A program made the translations under genes and the position numbers. From positions 114,390,001-114,454,000 of the forward strand of contig OX597817.1 of the NCBI GenBank assembly GCA_951406725.2: a DNA stretch of 64,000 nucleotides. Direction: 5' to 3'. Positions 52,520 to 64,000 of the stretch are shown in pieces (the first letter of the stretch is position 1; each line of letters opens with the position of its first letter). The notes under the pieces were generated by a model. The model saw only the letters and a program-made list of their open reading frames with translations, made no database searches and had not been told where the DNA came from. The DNA comes from Octopus vulgaris (Eukaryota).

Positions 52520-52890
52520 TCACCACCACCACCATCTAATGTCCATTTTCCAATCTGGCATGGGTTGGACAGTTTGACAGTAACTGACAAGGCCAGGGGC
52601 CACACCAGGTTCCATTATCTATTTTGGCTGGGATTTCACAGCTGGATGCCCTTCCCAATAGCAGCCTCTTTACAGAGTGTACTGGTTGCTTTTTACATGA
52701 CACCGTCACCAGTGCTTTCTATGTGGCACCTATACCCGCATCAGTGCTTTTTACATGGCACTTTGTTTTTAGGATATTAGTTCTGTTGTGGTGGCGGGTC
52801 CTCTCAAGTAGGCACCAGCATCCACACCAATGCTTTTTACATGATACCTTACCTTGGTTTTAGGATCTCAATTCCGTTGTGGTGGGTAAG
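52520..52890 (-). mobile_element. Family D element
   Basis: ggcatgggttggacag...gctggatgcccttcc and repeated gtgctttttacatg units. Confidence 0.8.
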
Positions 52891-53199
52891 TCTTTTTGTG
52901 AAACCAACAAATTTCCTGTTTTATAGATGACTTAAACAATTCATGTAATTGTTCAAATGGTGTTAGTATGAAAACATACAGTTATTTGCACATATGAACG
53001 CACGCACATACATGTGTGTGTATATTATATAGATACACACACACACACACACACACACACTCATATGTTTTTATTTAAAATAATTGTCCAGTAAATTACA
53101 TTCTATTTCATACATAAATACTTCAGAGACTAAATTAATAATAAGGAATATCTGCTAAACAGAAGAACAAACAAAAGAGGCAGGAAGATAGCCAGACTA

Positions 53200-53610
53200 A
53201 TAGGGGTAGGGTAGTAGGGGGAAACATGGGTGTTGGTGATGATGATGATGATGATGATGTGATAACAATGGTGGGGGTGATGAATATGGTGGTAACATTG
53301 GCAGTGGTGATTAGCAAACGGCAGCAGAGTAGAAGATGAAGATGATGCTGGTGGTGATGATGGTTGTGTTGGTGGTGAATATAATGGAGAGGAGGATGAT
53401 AAGGATGGTTGTGATGATGAGAACGATAACAGTGGTGATGACAGAGGTAATAATTATGTTGTAGATGGTGAAGAGGAATGGAGTCTAGTGTGGAAGAAAT
53501 TGATGATGATGATTGTGTCGATGATGGTGATGACGATGATGGTGATGACGATGATGATGATGATGATGGTAAAAATGGAGAAGTTGATGGTGGTGGTGGT
53601 GGTGGTGGTT
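53200..53610. repeat. Degenerate (GAT)/(GGT) trinucleotide low-complexity tract
   Basis: Direct inspection. Confidence 0.85.
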
Positions 53611-54779
53611 TATGGCACTGTAATTGATGTCTTTTTTGTCTTGTTTTTATGTTTTTAGGGCACAATGTAGTGTGCCATGTTACCTCTGATATCCCACAAT
53701 ATACATAATACACACATACATACATAGGTTACATACAAAGCTTACATATATATATATATAGACATTTATACAAGCAAACAGTATTACGATATGTACATGT
53801 GTATGCACTCACACATACATACACACACATGTACAAGCACATGCCTACCAGATTTCACTTATAAAGTATCAGTCAGCCTAAAGTTATAGTAAATGATACT
53901 TGCTTCAAATTACTTGCAGCTGGACGGAACCCAAAACCATATAATTACAAAGCAAACTTTGTAAACATGCAGCCAATGAAATACAGGTTGTTGCTGTTGC
54001 TCTGTCTGCATGTCAAACTACATAGTTTGAGTGATGCTGATGCCATAGCCACCTATGCCATCATCGTTTCTAATAAAAAAAAGGATCAAATACGTCTTTT
54101 GAACTATGAACTATCTCCTGTCTTCTGTTTTCACTCTTAATTTGTAACTTCATAGAATGTTGAATGTAACATTAGTAATTTTTATCTAGAGTTATACCAT
54201 GCTGATATTTCCAAAGAAGGATGAAATAGTACTATACATGATTACCAAGGCCATATATATATATAAGAAATTAAAAAAGGAATATACGCACACTTACATG
54301 GTTTTAATATAATTTTTTATATATCGACCGGTTTCGCTATCGCTATTTATGATATTATGTTTACTTTATTTGAATATATATTTTTTTCTTAAGAAGAAAT
54401 TTTCTCTTATATATATATATATTAGATGTTTGAGGTAGGGATTAAGTATATAGGATCTTTGAATTTGTCTGAGGAGAAATTCTCACCCTTTTGATGACAT
54501 GAGTCAGAGGCAAACCATCTGTTTCAGTATGCATTGTTACTTTTCTAAGACTGCCCACTTTAACTGACAGTGAGTGCTGTGGCAAGATGAAAAAAAGGAG
54601 AACATAAGTTTTAACTCAACATGAGGGATAACACAACAAATAATAGCTGCCAGTAATCCATATCTGCACATGAGAACTAGGCTTACCAAGTAGTTAATAA
54701 AATTAGTTCATAGTAATTACATAAAATATAGCTAGACTAAAGAAGATTTTTTGTAAGACAGAACTGTCTTCTCTCCTCT

Positions 54780-55143
54780 TATATTATTCTTTTACTTGTT
54801 TTAGCCATTAAATAGCAGCCATGCTAGACAGAACCTTGAAGAATGTTAGTAGAATGAATTGACCCTAGTACTTTTTTAAAGCCTGGTTCTTATTCTATCA
54901 GTCTCTTTGCTAAACTGCTAAGTTATGGGGAAATAAACACATTAACACTGGTTGTCAATCGGTTTTGGAGGACACACACACAACAGGCTTCTTTTAGTTT
55001 CTATCTACCAAATCCACTCACAAAGCTTTAGTTGGCCTGAGGCTATAGTAGAAGACACTTGCCCAAGGTGCCATGCTGTGGGACCGAACCCAGAACCATG
55101 AAGTTGGGAAGCAAGCTTCTTATGCATAGCCACTCCTGTGCCT
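54780..55143 (-). mobile_element. SINE family A
   Basis: Full-length reverse match. Confidence 0.9.
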
Positions 55144-55502
55144 ATACTTTTACTCTATTATGTTTATGAATTTTTAAAATGGTGGGATAACATTTGAAGG
55201 TCATTTGGTTTCTAATTCCAGGTGGTAAAACAACTGCATATGAACATTAAATTTGGCTCACTATCATTTCTGTTCCTTGATTGTTTGAATGTCATAAACA
55301 AATGATAAATAATAAAGTGTATCTTATCTGCGCATCAAATGATAAACTAGTATATGCATACAAATGCATAATACATCAAGACAGTATAGAAATTTCAAAT
55401 TTCAATTGTACTGAAGTATACAGACTGGTGAACATTCATGTTTACAAACTAAAACAGAAAGTACTTGATACATAAAGTACATCTTATTAGAAACTGATTT
55501 AA

Positions 55503-55591
55503 ACACACACACACACACACACAGATTCTCTTTCTCTCTTTCACACACACACAGTCTCTTTCTCTCTCTCTCTCTCTCACACACACAGTTT

Positions 55592-55635
<44 letters not shown>

Positions 55636-55768
55636 GTTTCTTTCTCTCTCTCTCTCTCTCACACACACACAGTTTCTTTCTCTCTCTCTCTCACTCACCC
55701 ACACACACACAGTCTCTTTCTCTCTCTCTCTCACACACACAGTCTCTTTCTCTCTCTCTATCTCTCTA

Positions 55769-55815
<47 letters not shown>

Positions 55816-55836
55816 CTCTTTCTCACACACACACAC
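55503..55836. repeat. Higher-order repeat of (CA)n-GTYTCTT-(TC)n, about 9-10 units
   Basis: Recurring junction cacagtytctttctctc. Confidence 0.9.
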
Positions 55837-56092
55837 AAAATACAAACCTGCTGTCATTCACCCACTCATGTGATATACAGCTCAAATACTGAACTTATTC
55901 CAGTTTCAAACTTTCTTAAGATCCTGTCAAAATTCATTCAACTCTGGCTACTGTGATGTTCAGAAGAAACAGCTTGTAAACCATTCTGAAAATGGGACTT
56001 CGCTCACCCCAAGGGTGAAACTACTAATAAATCAGCATAGCTTGAAAATTTAAATATTCATTATTGACTTTGTGTAGAGAGTGATTTGAAGA

Positions 56093-56150
<58 letters not shown>

Positions 56151-56324
56151 GTTCTTAGCAGGACAGCACAGGACTACATTGATAATGATTAAAACTTTCT
56201 TCATTTCTCAGACTATCTTTAATCCGGTTACTTTGCTGGCATATTAATAATTTCTTAAGAGTTGAGGGTGGTCAAATGTTTCGAGTTGGTACAAAATGGA
56301 CAAAGTACCAAGTTGTGTACTTAA

Positions 56325-56490
56325 TCATGTTTCTTTATGCTCAAAGTTCAGATCCTGCCAGGGATAAATTTGCATTTCATCCATCCGGTGTAGATAAAAT
56401 AAAAGTACCAATAAAGGAATTGGGTTGATTTTGTTAGCTGTTCTCTCCCTTAAAATTTGCGGCTCTGTGCTGATGTTAGAATTCAACTCT
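56325..56490 (+). mobile_element. SINE family B variant, degenerate
   Basis: tttcatccatccggtgtagataaaataaaagtacc core and variant tail. Confidence 0.6.
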
Positions 56491-57403
56491 TTCTTTATAG
56501 CTATGAAACCAATAGATATATGCAAATTAGCACAACCTTATTTGAACTGAGTCACTTTTCTATATAGTTATTAGCTATTTTTTTTCTCAACATCATAATG
56601 TTGAGAGCTAAGCATACTCTCATAAGAATTTAGAAAGTTCCAAACAAGTATGTCAAATGTCTGCATGTTGTTGAGAACTTAGGGCGTATCTCCAATCTTC
56701 ATTCCACAAGGCTTGTATATGTACACAGACACACAAGTCTGACTATAATGGTTTGAGAGAGGTGATCTAATTACTTTATAGCTAAAATGATCTCCAAATT
56801 CTTTCTTATCTCCTTATTTCATTTCTGGGGTTTCTTCTCTCTCTCATTCTTTCTTCCTCTTTCTTCTTATTTCTCTCCTCTTCTACTTTTTTCTTTTTTC
56901 TAATCTTTTTCCATTTTCTCTCTTTTTTCTTTTATCTTTTTATATTTTCTTCTTCTTCCTCCCTTTCTCCTAGCTTCTCTTCCTATGCTTGTTTTCATCT
57001 AATTTATCATTCTCTGTGTGGATTCTGATGATGACAGCATTTATTAAGGCAGTTCAAATTTTTTTAGTTGATCAATAAGACCGATTGAGTAAATGGAACC
57101 ATAAGTGCACCAACAACGCATATTAGAAACAAGTGTAAGTCAAAAATGCTCAAAAGAAATATGTAAAGCCCATTATTTATACCTTTTCACATGTGTGTGT
57201 TTGTGTGTGTGTGTGTATGTGTGTGCGTGTGCATGCGCATATATGTGAAACTGTTATTCCCACATTTTACTCTCTCTCTCCATTTTTTCATCTTATTCCT
57301 TTCTGTTGAAGAGCATAGGCTCAAAACATCAAGGATTTTTGCATTCTTCCTGAGAGTCAAATTCTTACACCTGCTTGTTGTTTCCTCACCTGTACATTTG
57401 AAC

Positions 57404-57439
<36 letters not shown>

Positions 57440-57464
57440 CCTTGCAAGTTTACTCTATTATATA

Positions 57465-57502
<38 letters not shown>

Positions 57503-57508
<6 letters not shown>

Positions 57509-57668
57509 CAAATTCATTTCACTTGCTAAGTTCACTTACTTTATATATTATCGTCTGACTACAGGCTTTAAAAAAAGAATCTGCCTTGAGAAGAGCCATC
57601 CAACCATGCAAGCATGGAAAAGTGGACTTTTAATTGATGTATATTATATATATATATAATCGCTGTTG

Positions 57669-57701
<33 letters not shown>

Positions 57702-57855
57702 AGTATATTATATAACATTACATCATATACATATGTATCTATTGATCTATCTATCTATCTACCTGTGTATATATATTTATATTTATATGAGGGCTTAGTT
57801 GTTAGGTTCTTGCATGCACGATCACAAAGTCAGTTTCAATTCCCATGTCAAGCAT

Positions 57856-57898
<43 letters not shown>

Positions 57899-58311
57899 CA
57901 CTCTTCTGTCATATACATCAGATGAGGGTTTTGTAATTTCTTGCTAAACCACCTACAAAGATGATTTGTTTATAGTGATCCCATGTTGGTGCTGTGCATT
58001 AGCTCACTCTCTCTATCAAATCGATATTGCATGGTGTGTTACATGTCAGATGTTGAGCACTTCACAGAGCAGCATGAAATGAAGTGTTTTGCTCAAGAAT
58101 ACAATGTACTGCTTGATCTGGGAATTCAAACTGTGGTTTTGTAATCACGAGTGCAAGAACCTAATCACTAATCCCTCACCCACATATAAATATAAAAATA
58201 TATATATGTACAGGTAGATGGCTGGATCACTAGATATATATGTATACGGTGTAATGTAATATAATACACACATACATACATGCACACACACACACACACA
58301 ACAAGTGAGAT

Positions 58312-58342
<31 letters not shown>

Positions 58343-58356
58343 ATCAATCAAGTGAG

Positions 58357-58394
<38 letters not shown>

Positions 58395-58526
58395 GTTAAT
58401 CCAAACATGAAAGCACAAAAAAACACAACAACGTGAGGACGTGGAACAAATATTGTATTACTGGATGCATAGGAGAAGGGAAAACAGAGGAAAAAAAATC
58501 GCCAACGGTACACATGCAGTCACATT

Positions 58527-58557
<31 letters not shown>

Positions 58558-58690
58558 ATCATCATAAATTTAATGTCCACTATTCCATGCTTGCATGGGT
58601 TGGATGAATCTTCTTGAAGTAGATTTTTTTAAGGTCAGATGTCAGATAAAGTAAGTGAACTTAGCAAGAGAAATAAATTTTTAAAATATG
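57503..58690. repeat. Imperfect inverted duplication (arms 57503-57855 and 58108-58690)
   Basis: 57505-57640 is the reverse complement of 58558-58690; 57680-57850 is the reverse complement of 58110-58290. Confidence 0.85.
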
Positions 58691-58691
58691 A

Positions 58692-59440
58692 TGAAACAGC
58701 ACCATTGTCATCCTAAAATATGCTCCAGCTTGAACTTGAACATTTAAAAGAGAAAACACTAGACACACAAGCAAAAATATTGTCAAATATTTGCACTGGG
58801 TCATATGCTGTTAAGTCTTAACTTCCATATGAGAAAAACTAGTGGAAACAAACCTGCTAAAGTTGTAGAAAATAAAGATATTACCATTCTTTTGAACTTA
58901 AGTATCCAAACTGTTGTCTATATGAGTCAATAGACCTGATATTGAGATAAAAAAAATCCTATTGACAAAACTTGTCTGTTCACAGATAGCAGATATATGT
59001 CAACCCAGCAGACTGCAGCACTTCTCTGAAAACATTGGAGAAGTTAAGTAAATATAAGGACGTTGAAATAGAGGTATCAAAAATGTGGCATCTAGGAACC
59101 AATGATCATTGGAGAAATGGAGACAAAACCAAATGGTGCTCTTAAATCACTATGGCCAAATACGAGGAAACACCAAAGTATCAGAAAGAGTTGTTCTCAT
59201 GTATACTACCCACATTCTCGGAAAAACATTATCAACTTGAAAATATCTGTCTCTTAAAACTCTTTCAAAACTGAAATGTTACAAATTTGATGGAATCTTA
59301 GTTCTTAGACTCTAGTCTTCTGCTGTACAATATATCATCCAGCGTGTTGTTACATAAAGTCTCTGGGTGAGACTTGGAACAGAATATAATACAAAGTAAC
59401 AATAACATAAACATGACCACCACCACAATAATAATAATAA
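58692..59440 (+). mobile_element. R4/Dong-like non-LTR retrotransposon 3' end (RLE domain), decayed
   Basis: YLHWVIC, NRPDI, EKLSKYKDVEIEVSKMWHL, PMIIG, THILGKTLS*; ends in (TAA)n. Confidence 0.8.
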
Positions 59441-59631
59441 GGGAATTATTTCTTTTAATTCTTCATAGTACTCACATCCAATATTAATTTTTGGCTGTAT
59501 TTGAATTAATTAATTAAATAAATATTTGGCAACCTTCATTGCTTCATGACAAAAACGAGTTCCTTCCATTTCAGTAAAAGTAATTCCATTAGCTTGACAT
59601 GCATGTTACAGTAGTGTTTTTCAAAGTGTAA

Positions 59632-59702
59632 TCTCTCTCTCACTCTCCCTTTCTCTCTCTCTCTTTCTCTCTCTATACACACATACATACATACATACGT
59701 AC

Positions 59703-59739
<37 letters not shown>

Positions 59740-59791
59740 TATACATACATACATACATACATACACATATATATACACACACACACACATA

Positions 59792-59863
<72 letters not shown>

Positions 59864-60002
59864 TATATATATACATGTATATATATGTATATACATATAT
59901 ACATACATATAAACACACACATATATACATGTATATATATATATTTACATATATATATACATATATATATATATAATACATATATATGTATATATATATG
60001 TG

Positions 60003-60048
<46 letters not shown>

Positions 60049-60066
60049 TATATATATATATATATA

Positions 60067-60140
<74 letters not shown>

Positions 60141-60178
60141 AAATGCTTCCATTTACTTCTGGTCACATTTTTTCCTTT

Positions 60179-60272
<94 letters not shown>

Positions 60273-60311
60273 AAATGCTTCCATTTACTTCTGGTCACAT
60301 TTTTCCTTTTA
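59632..60311. repeat. Long compound (TA)/(CATA) microsatellite containing a duplicated ~43-bp island
   Basis: gtgaaatgcttccatttacttctggtcacatttttcctttta at 60138 and 60269. Confidence 0.9.
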
Positions 60312-60654
60312 TTTCTTTCCCTGCTATAAATATTTCTAAATTTCTAAAAACCAATAAAGATGTCATGATTTTCTTCATTATTTATAATTATATAAATTGG
60401 CTTATAATATTTGTCCTGTATGATCTTGTTTATTCCATATCTTTATTTAAAAAAATGTTTTGGTCAAATTTAGAGTCAGTTTTATGACATACATAAAAAA
60501 AATATGTTTTCAAAATTTTAGTACTTATTCTTGATGGTGCTTTCTTAAGGTCACTAAGATATGAAAATCTGTGAGCTGTAAGAGAAGCACTACAGCAGTA
60601 ATTTTTTGATTCATGCCTCATATATAGTTTTCTTTTCTGTATAGCATTGATGTT

Positions 60655-60855
60655 GTCATTGTTATTATTTCTTATCCTAGCTCATCTCTGATTGAGCAGA
60701 CCTATGATCAAAAGCATTCCATCTCAACTTATTATAGCTATCATTACATTGCCTAATGTACTTTTTTTTTCCTTTTTAACACAGCATGATTTGGAGTAGA
60801 TTTACCTGCCACTTCTTGCATATCCAGTGACTATGTAGAGGCCTCTTCATTGGGT
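60655..60855 (-). mobile_element. SINE-like family E
   Basis: ctgattgagcagacctatgatcaaaagcattcc; also at ~30440-30600, 39770-39975 and 61630-61690. Confidence 0.7.
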
Positions 60856-60883
60856 TGGGCATTGTACTATTCAGTAACGTGTA

Positions 60884-61405
60884 CCATAAATCCTCGAGTA
60901 TAATCCGCACTTTTCCCCCAAAATTTAAAAGGCAAAATTCCTTGTGTGTATTATATATGAGGTTAAAAATGAAAAATATTTTCTAAGCAATGTCCGAGTC
61001 TCTATTTGCTGTCCAGCAATGTTTATTCAGATGCATTTTGTGATGTCGGGCACGAAAATACCTCAAGCTAAGCCTGAAAGCAATGAAGTCATAAAAGAAT
61101 CATCCATAACTTGCAGTAAGCATCATTTATTAAAATAAAAGTATTCAGAACACAGAATAACATGTAACAAAAACAATTTGCAAACATATTTACATTCCCA
61201 TATAACAGTTAAAAACATCACCATTATTGTATTAAGCATGTGCGGAAGTGTTTGTTCGACTAGGTGCTGCTGGCTTAATTACGCATGACTCAAGTTAGAG
61301 AAGTGGTGCGTATTATACACAAGGTTTAGGTTTTTCAGTGGTACAGCCCCCTAAAAATCCCCTGCATATTATACTCAAGGGCGGACTATACTCGAGGATT
61401 TACGG
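60884..61405. mobile_element. Tc2/pogo-type MITE (522 bp)
   Basis: TIRs ccataaatcctcgagtataatccgc / gcggactatactcgaggatttacgg; TA on both sides. Confidence 0.9.
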
Positions 61406-61716
61406 TAATAGATTAGATAATAGGAAGTACCAGCAATGAATATTTAAATGAGGAACAATAAACATAATACCTTAAGGTTATCACAGTACTTATCCTTGAA
61501 GTGAGGTGGAATGGGATTCATTTAAGGAACTGCTGTATTAGGTTGTAGTGGAGATATAATATATCTGTCATGTATTTGTTACAATGAAAATTTTCTGAAT
61601 AAATACCTAATTACTATTATTCACTCTGAAGTCAGCCCTGATTGAGGAGACCTATAACAAAACGTGTTCCAGCTAAGACCTTCCTGTTTCTTTTTCTTTT
61701 TTGCTATTTTTACTAA

Positions 61717-61832
61717 TTTGATAAATTAAGTACCAGTTATGCACTGGGGTTGATGTAATCAACTTAATCCCTTTGTCTGTCCTTGTTTGTCCTCTCTATG
61801 TTTAGCCCCTTGTGGGCAATAAAGAAATAAGA
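61717..61832 (+). mobile_element. SINE family B, 3' half
   Basis: gataaattaagtaccag...gccccttgtgggcaataaagaaata. Confidence 0.85.
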
Positions 61833-62527
61833 ACAAATTTTATACAGAAGGTCTATAGTTAATTGAATCAAAACTCTAATAAATCACTGGTATATTACTG
61901 GTATTTATCTCATTAATCTCAAAAGGATGAAACACAATGTCAAAAATGACATGGCTTGAATTTGGAATTGGAAGTGACAAAAACTTAATGTTACATGTTT
62001 AATTCCGCATGCTGCCATCTCAGTCATTCCCCCCCCACCACCACCACCAACAACCATTCTATTTAGATATTCATCAGTTGTAACATGGCTCATGTTATTA
62101 TATAGAAACTAATTTAAATTTATTTCGTTTTCCTTTCTACATACCTATCAAAATGTTGTGCATCATGTACAGATGTAATGTTTTCATTTCTATCTGTTAT
62201 TTTGCCATTTCAATTGTCTCAGTTGATCTTTCTGAAGTAATTTGTTGCAGTTTTCCTCTGTGTAATGACATCTGAAATCCTATTCACTTGAAACGAGCAT
62301 ATTTTATCCCTTTTGAGATCAAATACAAACAAAAGAGATATTAAGAACGATTTCTAACTCAGATAACAACTAATAGACAAGTAAAGTATATAGCTATATA
62401 TTGTATCTTTAATTAAAATCGAGCATTTACAACTTTCTGTAAATCAATTAGTCTGTGTACATGTGTGTGTGTATACATATATATCATCATCATCAATTAA
62501 TGTCCATTGTCCACATGTATGTATGTA

Positions 62528-62572
<45 letters not shown>

Positions 62573-63687
62573 TGAGAATGGATGTTTCTCTCCTTGTCCA
62601 CAAAAACCTTCATTTGCTTATGATTTTATTACGCTGTTGTTTTCTTTCTGTGAAATGTTTGCTTTTGTTCGTTTTTCACCCTTGAGAATTTTTCCGTTGT
62701 TTTCCTAATAACATTAGCACTTCTGATTAAGTCAAGAGTACTTTTATTCTAATGGGATTTATCAGTAATTTATGTTCAGCTTAAAAGAATTTACTAAAGT
62801 CTCTCTCTATTTGTTCAATTAAATTACTCACAAGCTAGCTCGCTTGCCAGGGTTTTTGTCCAAATGATTTCTTTCTTTTGAATTTATGACTAATTCTATA
62901 ATTATATTAAATAATCGAGCAACAAATGAAATGAATATTAAATGCTACTTATGCATTGAATAGAGTTTGTTAAATCAATTTTTTTTGTTCTCTTGGTTGA
63001 TTAATGAAAAGACTCTTTAAATGTTTGACTACAAGGCATACTGCTATTTCTAAAAATTTTAGATTTTAATTTCTGACTTGTCTCTTTCAAATGTCTTTAA
63101 TTAATTTTAAAATAAAATAGAATAGAATGAAATAAAATAAGAATAAGAATAAGAATAAGAATAAGATCTCATAAACTACTAATGTTCCATCTCATACCAA
63201 TTTCACCACCAGAATCTAGACTTTTGAAGAATTTAACATGCATTAATGTTCAGATACTAACTTTAAAGTTTGTTGGCATTCAGTAGTAGAGCAATTACTG
63301 TGTAATACTGATGTAAGTATGTAGACGAAGAACCTTTCTCAAGAGATTGTTTATTTTATTTTGTTTTACTTTGTTTTCTCAGTCTGTAGAGTATCTGTTA
63401 GCATTGCTAATTCTGTTAACATGATCACTTTCATCCAAAGTCTTTTATAGAAGAGACCATTACAGAGAATAATGGCTTGCCAATTACTGAAACAGTTGAT
63501 TCCAAATAGGTTATGGTTGTTGACATGGATTTCAAGTAGAGGAGACAATTTATTCTGCTCACCAATCATTCATCAACAAATCATGTCTACATTTTATGAT
63601 ATCACAGACATTCTCTGTGATATGCATATCTAAGAAATCTAATTTCAGTTGACAGAGAATATATTCAATATGTTCATTCATTAGTCT

Positions 63688-63885
63688 CTTTGTTTAGCCC
63701 TAGGTCAAACCTGGCAGAATAGACATATGATCAAAAGCATTCTGGTCATGATGATACTATCTTTTTCTGAAGTAGCTATGTTCACATCATTTCATTTGTC
63801 CTTCCTTTTATTTAAAAGTGCGTATGGTTTGAAAATGATCTCCTTGCTATTTTTTGCAGATGGAGTGAGTGCCTAAACATACTTT
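63688..63885 (-). mobile_element. SINE-like family E
   Basis: tttgtttagccctaggtcaaacctg...atgatcaaaagcattc. Confidence 0.7.
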
Positions 63886-64000
63886 CATTCGGTTGTATTT
63901 GAATCAAGTTCATTTCTGTTTTTTATAATAATAATAATAAAAACTTTAGGAAAAGTTAAAGTATGTTTGTGATATATTTCAATTTCTGAAGGAAAATTCA

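Noticed and set aside
53135-53725. 196-aa Ser/His/Pro-rich ORF
   Set aside because: Produced by a (GAT)/(GGT) low-complexity tract
63366-63569. 67-aa minus-strand ORF
   Set aside because: No recognisable motif or splice support

Overview
AT-rich, microsatellite-dense, repeat-dominated eukaryotic DNA with no long intact ORF. The tRNA-derived SINE families look like those of coleoid cephalopods, so the source is inferred to be Octopus; it is probably intronic or intergenic. Nearly all listed ORFs are translations of (TA)n/(CA)n/(GAT)n repeats or SINEs. Supported content: many copies of at least five SINE-like families; one full-length mariner relic (42159-43437) and one deleted one; Tc1-, Tc2/pogo- and piggyBac-type MITEs; RTE-clade LINE fragments; an R4/Dong-like RLE LINE 3' end; and a degraded Naiad-type Penelope-like element. 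Three observations stand out. (1) Minimal type I hammerhead ribozyme motifs, including a divergent pair forming a ~280 bp palindrome inside a (TA)n tract. (2) At least five 95-270 bp patches copied from 0.5-7 kb away, most of them pasted into transposon relics, some with junction microhomology. (3) Several fold-back structures that could form dsRNA. One candidate coding exon (36879-36983) is offered with low confidence. Repeat boundaries are approximate, and all calls were made by eye without database searches.
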